Shown: positions 41,261 through 52,605, counted from the first letter of the stretch. The stretch: DNA of 64,000 bases from Polaromonas sp. (GCA_038902815.1 JBCKNF010000003.1:26809-90808), one strand, 5' to 3'. Numbers and translations are program-made. Notes: generated by a model from the sequence alone, not told the origin.

Positions 41261-42879
41261 CTCTTGCCCCTAAACTGTTGATGTTCTCCATTCGCCTCGA
41301 TCGCCTCGATCGATTCGATCGGGCTGCCCGGGCACTTGTCCTGCACGGTCATGCCGCACACCAGCAGACCCTTTTGTGCCAGCTCCGGGTAACGTGACTC
41401 GATCGCCGCCTTGACCCGTTGACAACGCTCCACAGTGCGTTCACGACTGCCCGGTACCCGGTTGTCGTAGCGAAAGTGAATCGCCACCGGCACCGGCAGC
41501 CCATGCACCACGTTGAGCTTGCTGAAAATCTTGATGCCCACGTCCATATCCGGCGCGCCTTCTTCCACCGTGTAAAGGTGGGCGAAATAGGCCAGGTTGC
41601 GCAACTGGAATTCTTCGAAGCCGTCGCCGACGCTGATGAAACGCTCGTTGTGGCCGATGTCCGGGTAACGCCCGCCCCAGTTGCCGCACACATACTCAAT
41701 CTGCGACAGGTTGTTGATCAACAACGTGGCGACGAGCCGGCGCATACCTTCGTGCGGCTCACCCTGGCCCGCGCCCCAGCCGGTGGCGGCGCTGGCGATC
41801 TGAATCGCCTGGTACACCTTGAGCCGCGCACTGCTGGCGTCATCATTGACGCTGTGCCGATACAGCTCCAGGTTGTCCACCGCGCGGTACGGGCTCATTT
41901 CTCCATCGGCATCGGGTACGTGTACTTTGATGGCGTCGGTGTCGGTATCGACCCCGATCAACAGGGTGTCCACCGAGGCGCCACAGCAAAAGCTGTTTTC
42001 GATCGCCTGACGGAATTCTCGCAAGCGTTGCAGCGCACTCTCCGCCGCCTGGCGTTCGTTGCTGGCGTGGGCGGCGCAGCCCTCGTGGGTCGGGTCGGAA
42101 CTGCTCCAGTGGTACACCACGATCTTGAGGTAACGCGTGCCCGCGTCGGCTGTCACCGGACGGCCTTCGCGATAGCGCATCAGTTCGGTCTCGATCCAGC
42201 GCTTGACATTGGCTTCCACGTCGAACATGGCACCGGCATAGGCCTTGCGGCTGCGCACCGCCGCATCGGGCAGGCGCAGGATGTAGCGCACCAAACCCTT
42301 CAAACGCCCGTCCGAACACGGTGTGATGTCCACCGCGTGGTAGCCGCAATCGAGGAAGAACGCCACCGCCTGGTCGACGCCTTGTTGGGGGCTGGCCGCG
42401 CGCGCCTGCTCGGCCATCAGGCGCAACGCACGCATCACGCACTCGCCGTACAGCGCGCGCATGTCCAGATCAGCCACCCAGGCATCCGCCAGTATCTGCG
42501 CGGGCAACTCGAAGCCGAGCTGTTCGAGCGCCAGCGCCTGGGCACGTTCGATAAAATCGGACTCATGCTGCTGGCCGGCAATCCGCTTGAGCAGCGGAAC
42601 GATGGCATCGAAGCGCCCCTTCACGGTCTGCTCGTGTGCCAGCAGGCGCCGGTTCTCCGACTCGTTGGTGAGCGGGTGCCGGCAAGGTCGTCCGGTGTCG
42701 GTTGAGCAGGCCGGATTGGGGGCCACCTCCGGGGCGAGAGCGATGCCTTGCGGCGCAAATACCGGTTGCGGGTGGCGACCCTGCAGAACACCGTGAGGCG
42801 TACCCAGTCCATACGGCGGTCGGCGCGCTCCAGACAGCGGGCTGGTGCTACGCCCGGGATGGTTTCTCGTATTCATCAC
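41257..42879 (-). CDS. csoSCA: Carboxysomal beta-carbonic anhydrase CsoSCA
   Basis: PCSDGRL and HWSSSDPTHEGCAAH Zn ligands intact; GVDTDTDAIKVH. Confidence 0.95.
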   Translation of the reverse strand: MMNTRNHPGRSTSPLSGARRPPYGLGTPHGVLQGRHPQPVFAPQGIALAPEVAPNPACSTDTGRPCRHPLTNESENRRLLAHEQTVKGRFDAIVPLLKRIAGQQHESDFIERAQALALEQLGFELPAQILADAWVADLDMRALYGECVMRALRLMAEQARAASPQQGVDQAVAFFLDCGYHAVDITPCSDGRLKGLVRYILRLPDAAVRSRKAYAGAMFDVEANVKRWIETELMRYREGRPVTADAGTRYLKIVVYHWSSSDPTHEGCAAHASNERQAAESALQRLREFRQAIENSFCCGASVDTLLIGVDTDTDAIKVHVPDADGEMSPYRAVDNLELYRHSVNDDASSARLKVYQAIQIASAATGWGAGQGEPHEGMRRLVATLLINNLSQIEYVCGNWGGRYPDIGHNERFISVGDGFEEFQLRNLAYFAHLYTVEEGAPDMDVGIKIFSKLNVVHGLPVPVAIHFRYDNRVPGSRERTVERCQRVKAAIESRYPELAQKGLLVCGMTVQDKCPGSPIESIEAIEANGEHQQFRGKR

Positions 42880-42925
42880 TATCGCTTGTCCATTAATGAT
42901 CGCTCAATCGCTTGCCAGCTTGGCG

Positions 42926-45427
42926 CTAGCCGCGCGCGCCGCCGGAATAGGTGATGGCCGAGCCTTTGGCAGCGTTGCCGCTGCTGCCGGTGATCTTGCT
43001 GACAGGGATTTCAGGGCGCGCGCGCTCCTTGTTCTGCGCAGCGCCTATCACGACACCGCGCGGGTCACCGCGCAAAGTCGGGTTACGCCGCGTGAAGGGG
43101 CCCTCAGTACCGGTCACGCTTTCATTGCGCCGCCATGCTGCTCCGGTGATCGCAAAACCACCTTCGCGCCCGTCGCCAGTGAGGCGGCTGCGCGGCTCTT
43201 CAGGCGCTTGCACCTGCCCCATGACCAGCGGCGCTACACTTCGCGCGTCGTCCTTGTAGCGAAACTCAGGCGTGCCGGACACCAGGCCTGCGGCCAGGTT
43301 GACCGGGCCGGTGATGCGTCCGATGGCGCCGGAGGCCGTGCCGGTGATGCGGTTTAAGCTGTTGTCCTGAGCGCTGCGCGCCGGCGTGGCGATGCTGAAA
43401 TCGCCCTGGACACGCGCCGCCGGCGGCACTTCCGCAGGCTGGCGTGGCGCATCAAACGGGGCGCGCGCCAGCGGATGCGGGTTACTGTTCATGCCACGCT
43501 GCGACACACGCTGACCGGGGCCAGCGTAGGGCGTGCCGCTCAACACCAGAGCCGCGCCGCGTTCCGCGCCAGTCACTTTACCGCCGGATGCAACGCGTGT
43601 GCCGCTAGGCACCGCGCCGACCTTGGCCGGTGACGCTAGCGGCTGCGTGCCGCACAGTTCTTGTTGCAGCTCCGCGCCGATGTACTCGGTGCCGGTAATG
43701 CCGTGACACGCGCCATACTCGTCACCGGTAAGTTTGGCGGAACCGCCCACCAGTGTTCCGGTGACCTTGCGCCCATGCGTGGTGCGCGATACATTTACTT
43801 TGGCCGGGCCGGGTGATTGTTCAGCCGCGCACGGCACATCCGCCGTAGCCGGATTGAGATATTCATTGCCAGTGACGTGTTTGCAGGAACCCGCCTCGTC
43901 ACCTGTCACCTTGGAACTGGTGCCAACCTGGGTGCCAGTCACGGCCTTGTTCTTCACCGTGCGCGTCACGCCGACCTTGGCCGGTGGGATAGAGGGGTCG
44001 CTGGCGCATAACGCCGTGTACTGGTCGGGGCCGATATATTCGGTGCCGGTGATTTTCTTGCAACTGCCCGCTTCGTTGCCGGTGACCTTGGCGTTGCGTT
44101 CGACACTGTTGCCGGTAACAATCTGGCCGCCGGTGGTTGCCGTCTCTGCCACTTTGGGCGGTGCCTCGCACTGACCAAACTCGCAACGCCCGTTCACTAC
44201 CTTGGGCGGCTCGCGCCACGCCTCACGCCGTGGCTCGGGCTGTGCTAAGCGCGCAGCGGGTGCACCCTTGGTGCGTTTCTGCCAGCGCGATGCGGTCTGC
44301 GCGGGCGGCAGGCCACGAGGCATACCGCCGAAACCAGCGTCCGATAACGAACTGTTGTGCTGGGCCGATTCATTAACTGTCATGTCTGTCTGCATAGTAG
44401 GGTTGTCCTGTATTGCATGATGTGGTTCGCTGGCCGGCGCGCGGACAACCGGGTGATCAATTTGCCGCACGCTCTCGGAAGTTTTTTTTTCAGCCTCCGG
44501 CTCCTCTTTGATCTCATGCGGTAGGCTCTCCCGCTTGATCTCCCGGAATATCCGGCTGGCCAGCACGTCCTCCGCCTCGATGGTCATCAGCTCCTCGCGG
44601 GTCAGCGTACCGCCCCTGGCGTACAGGCGATTGGCTTGGCGCAGACGCGCACGATCCAGCGCGTTGCGGATGCTTCTGGCGTTGGCGAATTGCGGCATCT
44701 TCGTGCGCTTCTGGATGTAGTCGTAAAACGCCTGCTCCGCCTCTTCGCTAAAGCGGTATTGCTGTTGTTGCAGCATCAGCTGCGTGATCTGCGCTAATTC
44801 ATCCACCGCGAAATCCGGAAAATCCAAATGGTGCGCGACGCGCGAGGACATGCCCGGATTGCTCTTGAAGAACGTAGCCATGCGATCACCGTAACCGGCC
44901 AGAATGACCACCAGGTCGTCGCGATTGTTCTCCATCACCTGCAGCAGAATCTCGATCGACTCCTGACCGTAATCACGCTCGTTTTCCGGGCGATACAGGT
45001 AATACGCTTCGTCTATGAACAGCACACCGCCCATGGCGCGCTTCAATACCTCTTTGGTCTTGGGCGCGGTATGGCCGATGTACTGGCCGACCAGGTCGTC
45101 ACGCGTCACCGATACCACTTCCGGGCGGCGGATGTAGCCTAGGCGATGCAGGATCTCCGCCATGCGCAGTGCGACTGTGGTCTTGCCGGTGCCGGGGTTG
45201 CCGGTGAACGACATGTGCAGACTGGGTGGCCCGGAGCTGAGGCCCATGCCCTTGCGCAGCTTGTCCACCAGCAGCAAAGCGGCGATTTCGCGGATGCGCG
45301 TCTTGACCGGCTTCAAGCCCACCAACTCGCGGTCGAGCTGGTCCAGCACTTCATCAACGTGGCAGTCTTCACAGCTCTCTGCCGCGTTGCTCTGCGCGCC
45401 GCCTGTATTCATCTGTGTAGTCGCCAT
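42926..45427 (-). CDS. CbbX (red-type Rubisco activase)-CsoS2 fusion protein, 833 aa
   Basis: aa ~25-295 CbbX ([38 protein letters not shown]); C-terminal half has CsoS2 (V/I/L)TG repeats, TGxEY, and terminal ITYSGGARG. Confidence 0.9.
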   Translation of the reverse strand: MATTQMNTGGAQSNAAESCEDCHVDEVLDQLDRELVGLKPVKTRIREIAALLLVDKLRKGMGLSSGPPSLHMSFTGNPGTGKTTVALRMAEILHRLGYIRRPEVVSVTRDDLVGQYIGHTAPKTKEVLKRAMGGVLFIDEAYYLYRPENERDYGQESIEILLQVMENNRDDLVVILAGYGDRMATFFKSNPGMSSRVAHHLDFPDFAVDELAQITQLMLQQQQYRFSEEAEQAFYDYIQKRTKMPQFANARSIRNALDRARLRQANRLYARGGTLTREELMTIEAEDVLASRIFREIKRESLPHEIKEEPEAEKKTSESVRQIDHPVVRAPASEPHHAIQDNPTMQTDMTVNESAQHNSSLSDAGFGGMPRGLPPAQTASRWQKRTKGAPAARLAQPEPRREAWREPPKVVNGRCEFGQCEAPPKVAETATTGGQIVTGNSVERNAKVTGNEAGSCKKITGTEYIGPDQYTALCASDPSIPPAKVGVTRTVKNKAVTGTQVGTSSKVTGDEAGSCKHVTGNEYLNPATADVPCAAEQSPGPAKVNVSRTTHGRKVTGTLVGGSAKLTGDEYGACHGITGTEYIGAELQQELCGTQPLASPAKVGAVPSGTRVASGGKVTGAERGAALVLSGTPYAGPGQRVSQRGMNSNPHPLARAPFDAPRQPAEVPPAARVQGDFSIATPARSAQDNSLNRITGTASGAIGRITGPVNLAAGLVSGTPEFRYKDDARSVAPLVMGQVQAPEEPRSRLTGDGREGGFAITGAAWRRNESVTGTEGPFTRRNPTLRGDPRGVVIGAAQNKERARPEIPVSKITGSSGNAAKGSAITYSGGARG

Positions 45428-45478
45428 GCTATGTCTCGTTTACCCGTATCGGTGAAATAATCCCCTGCCTGCTGCTTT

Positions 45479-45898
45479 CTAGCTGTAGCGCTCCCCCTCG
45501 GGGTTATCAGTGGCGTAGGAAGCCACGGTGTAGCGGATGCTGCGGCCCCCCACCTCCTGCCGCACCAGCCGATAGCCCGGCTCGTAGGAAGGCCGGTTGA
45601 CGATAAACGACATCGTCATGCTTTCGGTGCCGCGCGTGGAATCAAAGGCGTTGACCTTGATGTAGTGCTGGGGAAAAGCCTTGCGGCAGGCGCTGACCTC
45701 GTACAGGACGGCGGCGGGATCCTTGACGTCAAACATCGGCATATCCCACATCTCCCAGTAGGTGTTGCGCGGGTGCGGATCGTCGGTGTATTCCACGCTC
45801 AGCGCCCAGCCTTTATTCAGGGCATATTGCATCTGCGCCTTGATCTGCTCGTCGCTCAGCTCGGGCAGAAATGAAAACATACCTTGTGTCACTTTCAT
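45479..45898 (-). CDS. cbbS: Rubisco small subunit, red type
   Basis: MKVTQGMFSFLP, DDPHPRNTYWEMW, C-terminal beta-hairpin extension. Confidence 0.96.
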   Translation of the reverse strand: MKVTQGMFSFLPELSDEQIKAQMQYALNKGWALSVEYTDDPHPRNTYWEMWDMPMFDVKDPAAVLYEVSACRKAFPQHYIKVNAFDSTRGTESMTMSFIVNRPSYEPGYRLVRQEVGGRSIRYTVASYATDNPEGERYS

Positions 45899-45931
45899 GT
45901 CAGTTTCTCCTTAGTTCTCAATGCGTGTTGA

Positions 45932-47419
<1,488 letters not shown>

Positions 47420-47469
47420 TTAACTGTTAATCAAAGCACGCCAAAGAAGGCTTGCCTTGAACTGAATTG

Positions 47470-47545
47470 GATTGTTAAGTTAAAAAAAAAATTTTAAAAG
47501 TAAAATGTTTGTATGATAATGTTTTACTAAAATAAACCTATGAAG
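47470..47545. promoter_or_regulatory. AT-rich divergent cbbL/cbbR control region, putative CbbR sites
   Basis: AGTAAAA...TTTTACT inverted repeat, TAAtgttttacTAA, T-N11-A boxes. Confidence 0.6.
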
Positions 47546-47553
47546 GAGTTGCC

Positions 47554-48462
47554 ATGCAACTGCGCCATGCCACCCTGCATCAGTTACGGATTTTCTCGGC
47601 CGTCGCCCGCCACGGCAGCTTCGCCCGCGCCGCAGAAGCGCTTCACCTGTCTCCCCCCACGCTGTCGCTGCAGGTCAAGCAACTTTCGGAAACCGTCGGC
47701 CAGCCGCTGTTCGAGCAGTTGGGAAAGAAGATCTATCTGACCGCAGCCGGGCAGACGCTGGCCGCGGCTTGCCAGGACATCGAAAGCCGCATGGAACGGC
47801 TGTCACAGGACCTGGCGGCCCTGCAAGGCGTGGAGCGCGGTAGCCTGAAGATCGCCATCCTGACCACGGTGAAGTACACCGTGCCCAAGCTGCTGGGCGG
47901 GTTTTGCGCGGCCCATCCCGGCATCGAGGTGGCGATGTTCGTGGGCAATCGCGAAAACCTGCTTACGCGCCTGGTCAGCAACCAGGACGACCTCTACATC
48001 ATGGGGCAACCGCCGGAGCAGATGAATGTGGTTTGCGAGAACTTCGCCGACAATCCGCTGGTGCTGGTGGCCCCGCCCGAGCACCCGCTGGTCGGCCAAC
48101 GCAACATCCCGGCGACCCGGCTGCGTGATGAGCCCTTCATCCTGCGTGAACCGGGCTCGGGCACGCGACTGACGGCCGAGAGGTTTTTTGCAAGCCAGGG
48201 CATGACGCTGAAAACCCGGCTTGAAGTGGGCAGCAACGAAGCCATCAAGCAGACCGTGGCCGGCGGTTTGGGCCTGGCGGTACTGTCGGCGACCACGGTG
48301 GTGTCGGAACTGGCGCTCAAGGAACTTGTACTACTGGATGTACAGGGTTTCCCGCTGATCCGGCGCTGGTATGTGGTCTATCCCACCGGCAAGCGGCTAT
48401 CGGCCGCAGCCACCGCCTTCAAGGCCTGGCTGTTCGAGTACAGGCCATCTGTTGTGCGCTGA
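47554..48462 (+). CDS. cbbR: Second CbbR-type LysR regulator
   Basis: TLHQL HTH, REPGSGTR, SNEAIKQ; divergent from cbbL. Confidence 0.88.
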   Translation: MQLRHATLHQLRIFSAVARHGSFARAAEALHLSPPTLSLQVKQLSETVGQPLFEQLGKKIYLTAAGQTLAAACQDIESRMERLSQDLAALQGVERGSLKIAILTTVKYTVPKLLGGFCAAHPGIEVAMFVGNRENLLTRLVSNQDDLYIMGQPPEQMNVVCENFADNPLVLVAPPEHPLVGQRNIPATRLRDEPFILREPGSGTRLTAERFFASQGMTLKTRLEVGSNEAIKQTVAGGLGLAVLSATTVVSELALKELVLLDVQGFPLIRRWYVVYPTGKRLSAAATAFKAWLFEYRPSVVR

Positions 48463-48488
48463 CGAGCCGGGCTCGTCCAACAACCGGT

Positions 48489-50225
48489 TTAGGCAGAAGC
48501 GTATCCCTGGTTGGGTAACACACCTTTCAACTCAGGGTTGTTAAGCTTTCTTGGCGTAACCTTGCCGCCTCGAGCTTTGAGCCATTCCTCAACGACGTCC
48601 CAGACCTGCTTGTTACCCTGGTTTCTGGCTTCTTCGGCGACAGGAGCCCAGCCGGCAACCCGGTATTTCTTGGTCGCTTCAATGGGCCTGCCGTTCAAGC
48701 GCATGTTGTCAATGCGCTTGCCCATCGATGCCAGTGGCGAACAACTGTATTGCAGGCCGCCGACGCGCACCATGTCGCCACCCTGCTGGTAGTAGGGGTC
48801 GGGATTGAACAGGTTGTCGGCCACGTCTTCAAGAACGAGCTTGATGGTTTCGCCGGTCATTTCGCTCACGGTGGCGTAGGAGTAGGTGGTGGCCGTCATG
48901 TCCATCAGCCATTCGCGCGTGATGGCCTGGCCTGAAAGCAGCGACGTACCCCAGCGGAAACCGGGCGAGAAAGCGATTTCGGCGCCCTGTACATCCATCA
49001 GCGCATCGAGAATGAGCTGGTCGCCGGTGCCGTTGAAGTTGCCGAGGCGGTACAGCGTGCCCTCGGTCACAGCCAGCTTTTCAGCCAGCTTGGCTTCATA
49101 CGGCCCGCGAACCTTGTTGATCAATGCATCCATCTCTTTGTCTGCCGGCAACATATTGGCGAAAATGGGTAGCAATTTATAGCGAAAGTCGGCCACCTTC
49201 TTGTCCTTGACTTCAAAGTCAAGGACAGCCAGGAACTTGCCATTCGAGCCGGCGTTGGTCACTATGGTCTTGCCGCCTTTGTTGCTGACCAACGTGGCCA
49301 CCGGCATGCTGTCGTGCGTGTGGCCGCCCATGATGGCGTCGATGCCGGTCACGCGGCTGGCCATCTTCAGGTCCACGTCCATGCCGTTGTGGCTCAGCAG
49401 GACCACGACCTGGGCGCCCTTGGCGCGCGCCTCGTCCACCGTCTTCTGCATGCTCTCTTCCTGGATGCCAAAGGCCCAGTCAGCCACCATGTAGCGCGGG
49501 TTGGCAATCGGCGTGTATGGGAAAGCCTGACCGATGATGGCGCAAGGCACGCCGTTGATCTCACGCATCACATAAGGCTTGAACACCGGGTCGCCGAAGT
49601 CCGTGGTCTTGATGTTTTGCGCGATGAATTCGATCTTGCCGGCAAAGTCTTTTTCGATGATTTCCTTCACGCGCGCCATGCCCAAGGTGAAGTCCCAGTG
49701 TCCGGTCATGAGGTCCACGCCCAGCAGCTTGCAGACGTCCACCATGTCCTGGCCCTTGGTCCACAGCGCCGTGCCCGAGCCCTGCCAGGTGTCGCCGCCG
49801 TCGAGTAGCAGCGCGCCGGGGCGGCTGGCCTTCATGCGCTTGACGAGGGTAGCCAAATGCGCAAAGCCACCGACCTTGCCGTAGCGCCTGGCGGCTTTTT
49901 CGAAGTCAAGGTAGGTCAGCGCGTGAGCCTGCGCCGTACCGGGTCGCACCTTGGCCACCTTGAGCAAATGCTCGCCCACCAGGTGGGGCAATTTGCCTTT
50001 CATTGATCCCACTCCGATCTTGACGCTGGGCTCGCGGAAGTAAATCGGCTTGAGCTGGGCGTGGCAATCGGTCATGTGCAGAAAGGACACATTGCCGAAC
50101 TTCGGGATGTCGTACAGACCGTTAGCCGCCGTGGCGGCATCGGCGTCGGCATAAGCCCCCAAGCCCATGCCAGCCATGGTGCCGGCACCCAGCACCTCGA
50201 AAAATTCGCGTTTTGTTAAATTCAT
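48489..50225 (-). CDS. soxB: Thiosulfohydrolase SoxB
   Basis: TDCHAQL, DGGDTWQG, SHNG, GGHTHD, PGFRWG. Confidence 0.95.
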   Translation of the reverse strand: MNLTKREFFEVLGAGTMAGMGLGAYADADAATAANGLYDIPKFGNVSFLHMTDCHAQLKPIYFREPSVKIGVGSMKGKLPHLVGEHLLKVAKVRPGTAQAHALTYLDFEKAARRYGKVGGFAHLATLVKRMKASRPGALLLDGGDTWQGSGTALWTKGQDMVDVCKLLGVDLMTGHWDFTLGMARVKEIIEKDFAGKIEFIAQNIKTTDFGDPVFKPYVMREINGVPCAIIGQAFPYTPIANPRYMVADWAFGIQEESMQKTVDEARAKGAQVVVLLSHNGMDVDLKMASRVTGIDAIMGGHTHDSMPVATLVSNKGGKTIVTNAGSNGKFLAVLDFEVKDKKVADFRYKLLPIFANMLPADKEMDALINKVRGPYEAKLAEKLAVTEGTLYRLGNFNGTGDQLILDALMDVQGAEIAFSPGFRWGTSLLSGQAITREWLMDMTATTYSYATVSEMTGETIKLVLEDVADNLFNPDPYYQQGGDMVRVGGLQYSCSPLASMGKRIDNMRLNGRPIEATKKYRVAGWAPVAEEARNQGNKQVWDVVEEWLKARGGKVTPRKLNNPELKGVLPNQGYASA

Positions 50226-50306
50226 GAATTCGCAACTACTTAATTAGCGGAAATAAAAAGACCCGGACAAGTGCCGGGTCCGGACGGGGCTTACTGGCTT
50301 ACTGGC

Positions 50307-50954
50307 TTACTGGTTGACCGGAGATTTCGGATCCAGCAGCAGCGCCATGAGGTGTGCTATCTGGGTCTCGTTCAGGATGCCCGCATGGCCGCCGCGCGGC
50401 ATGCTGGAGCAGGCGTTGTAGGCCTTGGCGTTCCAGAGCTTACCCCAGGTGTATTCGACAATCGCCTTGGAAGCCGGGCTGGCCGGATCCGTCACGCCGC
50501 GCAGCTTGCCGTAGTTGTACAGGCTCGGGCCGAGGGTGCCGAAGGAAATTTCTTTTTTGTCGATCCCGTGGCAGTTGTAGCAGTTGCCGCCATTGGCCGA
50601 GCCCGCCGCATCGGTCCAGGTCATGCCGCGCCCGCTCTGCGCGATTATCTCGCCCTGTTTCCAGTCACCCAGAAACTTGCCATCGGCGGGCCATTTGATG
50701 GTTTTTAGGTTGGCGGCTTCTATGCTTTTGGCCAATTTTTCATCAATCGGTTTACCGGCCACATTGGCAGCACTGCATTCGCGATTGGTATCGTCCTGCA
50801 CCAGCCGAGCGACCTTGGCTTGACCCTGGTCGCGGAACGAGGATTTGAGAATGTCGGCGGTGCGCTTGTCCAGCTCCGGGCCGGACGGCAGGGCGGCACA
50901 ACCGGCCAGCACAAGCGCCAGCAGGGGTGCGAGGTATTTGATGGTTTTTTTCAT
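50307..50954 (-). CDS. soxX: Cytochrome c SoxX
   Basis: Lipoprotein LAGC, GGNCYNCH, GPSL, SSMP. Confidence 0.93.
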   Translation of the reverse strand: MKKTIKYLAPLLALVLAGCAALPSGPELDKRTADILKSSFRDQGQAKVARLVQDDTNRECSAANVAGKPIDEKLAKSIEAANLKTIKWPADGKFLGDWKQGEIIAQSGRGMTWTDAAGSANGGNCYNCHGIDKKEISFGTLGPSLYNYGKLRGVTDPASPASKAIVEYTWGKLWNAKAYNACSSMPRGGHAGILNETQIAHLMALLLDPKSPVNQ

Positions 50955-50967
50955 GCTGCTGTGTTCC

Positions 50968-51753
50968 TTAACGCTTGAGAGCCGGGGTAATGGATACAGC
51001 GCCTTTGCCAGTCACGCCCATGTAGGAGGTCAAGGCAATGGTGGCGTCGCTGACCAAGATGGGGAATGGAAAGCGCATCTGGCGGAAGCAGTCATTTATG
51101 CGAGTCTGCATGGTCCACATTTGACCAGGGGTATGGCGGTACGCCGGCCAGCCGGCGGCAGCGGCAGCGGCACCGGCGTTTGTCGTCAGATTCGGCAAGT
51201 CTTGCAGGCGGATGCGCTTGCCGTCCACTTCGTGACACGAAGCACAGGAAAAATCATGCGTGCCAGCGCGGGTAAAAAACACCCGCTTGCCCACTTCATA
51301 CATGATTTTCTCTTCACTATGGTCTTGCGGCACGTTGAATTTCATGCCTTTTGACTGGCCGGAGACCCAGGCGGCCAACGCGATCACGTTGTTCCGCTCA
51401 CTCTTGGCAATCTCGGCGGCGCTGAAGCCCTGCTGGGTTTCCATGCAGGTATGCAGGCGCGACTCCAGGTCTTGCACCCGTTTGGTATCGGCAAAGTAGC
51501 GCGGAAGTTCGACAAATACACCCTTGGCTACACCGGGGCCTTTGCCCAGGTCGCATTTTTGCAGCGTTTGCTTTTGCGGGCCGCGCGCTTGCTTCCACAA
51601 GTCTTCGCCCTTGGCTTCGAACAATTCGGCCGGGTTGCCGTCGGCCAGCATGGCTTGGTATTCTGCGGTTGCTTCCGCCGCTGTTTTTTGCGCCAGTGCG
51701 ACAGTGCTCAAGCAAGTCAGGGTCAAGATTAAAAGAATCTTTTTAGTGGTCAT
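50968..51753 (-). CDS. soxA: Cytochrome c SoxA (monoheme type)
   Basis: NPAEL, FSCASCH, WPAYR, DCFRQMR. Confidence 0.93.
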   Translation of the reverse strand: MTTKKILLILTLTCLSTVALAQKTAAEATAEYQAMLADGNPAELFEAKGEDLWKQARGPQKQTLQKCDLGKGPGVAKGVFVELPRYFADTKRVQDLESRLHTCMETQQGFSAAEIAKSERNNVIALAAWVSGQSKGMKFNVPQDHSEEKIMYEVGKRVFFTRAGTHDFSCASCHEVDGKRIRLQDLPNLTTNAGAAAAAAGWPAYRHTPGQMWTMQTRINDCFRQMRFPFPILVSDATIALTSYMGVTGKGAVSITPALKR

Positions 51754-51774
51754 AGTGCCTCCTCGTAGTGTTCG

Positions 51775-52086
51775 TCAAGATGCGGTGGCTTCGTCGCTGC
51801 GGGTCTTGCCCTGATTGTCTTTCCAGGTCACGCCAATCTTGTCGCCAACCTTCGCGCCCTTGACGACGAATTGCAGGAAGGGGTTCTTCGACACGGCGGT
51901 CCCCCATTCGACGGTCAGCACGATCTTGCCGTTGTGGGTGGCGGTGACCTCCTGGATGAACCAGGCCGGGATGATAGTGCCGGCAGCGTCTTTGCGCTGA
52001 CCGGTTTCCATTTCATGCGCCATCAGGACGCGAACGGTGGCTTTGTCGCCAGCTACTTGGGCGCGAATGCGCATCGGATCTGCCAT
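51775..52086 (-). CDS. soxZ: Sulfur carrier SoxZ
   Basis: HEMETGQRKD, SKNPF, WKDN. Confidence 0.96.
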   Translation of the reverse strand: MADPMRIRAQVAGDKATVRVLMAHEMETGQRKDAAGTIIPAWFIQEVTATHNGKIVLTVEWGTAVSKNPFLQFVVKGAKVGDKIGVTWKDNQGKTRSDEATAS

Positions 52087-52136
52087 TTTTAGCTCCTAAA
52101 TCTGAATTAAAAATATGTCTGTAGCGGGATGGACTA

Positions 52137-52592
52137 TCAACCGCCGCAGCCGCCGAGCGTGACTTTGACTTCCTTCTTGGCAAACAACGCCCTGCCATCG
52201 CCCATGATGGCGACGGCGTACACATCAGAAGACTGGCCCATCTTGGCGCGGCTGGAGAAGGCGGGCTCAACACTGTCGAACACATTGAACACGGCGACCA
52301 ACGGGAATGGATTTTTTTCCACCAGGATCAGCAGGCGCTTGACGCCCGGCAACGTGGTGCTGGCAGCGAGCGGAACCACGGTACCGTTTTCGGCGATGTC
52401 CGGGGCAGTAAGGGTGACGTCCTTGCTTGCGACGAGGGTGCCCGCACCGAGGGCCTTGATCGCATCCTGGATGCTCTTGGCTTCAAAACCGCCCCTGCTG
52501 GAGGCAAGGGCGAACTGGGGGAACAGGCCAGTGGAAGCCAGAAGGCCGGCCACGACGGCGGTTTTCTTGAGTGCTTGTCTACGTGATTGCAT
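52137..52592 (-). CDS. soxY: Sulfur carrier SoxY
   Basis: Tat SRR, PDIAENG, VKVTLGGCGG terminus. Confidence 0.97.
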   Translation of the reverse strand: MQSRRQALKKTAVVAGLLASTGLFPQFALASSRGGFEAKSIQDAIKALGAGTLVASKDVTLTAPDIAENGTVVPLAASTTLPGVKRLLILVEKNPFPLVAVFNVFDSVEPAFSSRAKMGQSSDVYAVAIMGDGRALFAKKEVKVTLGGCGG

Positions 52593-52605
52593 GCGATTTC
52601 TCCTG

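Noticed and set aside
44150-44160. CCCAAAG in csoS2, matching the known CsoS2 -1 frameshift heptamer
   Set aside because: It is phased CCC AAA G, not C CCA AAG, so it is not a zero-frame slippery heptamer.
45359-45373. CbbX fusion as a c-type cytochrome
   Set aside because: No export signal, and heme c attachment occurs in the periplasm; kept only as a possible redox motif.
50290-50313. Triple CTTACTGG tandem at the soxX stop
   Set aside because: Short slippage-type duplication of the stop region with no evident function.
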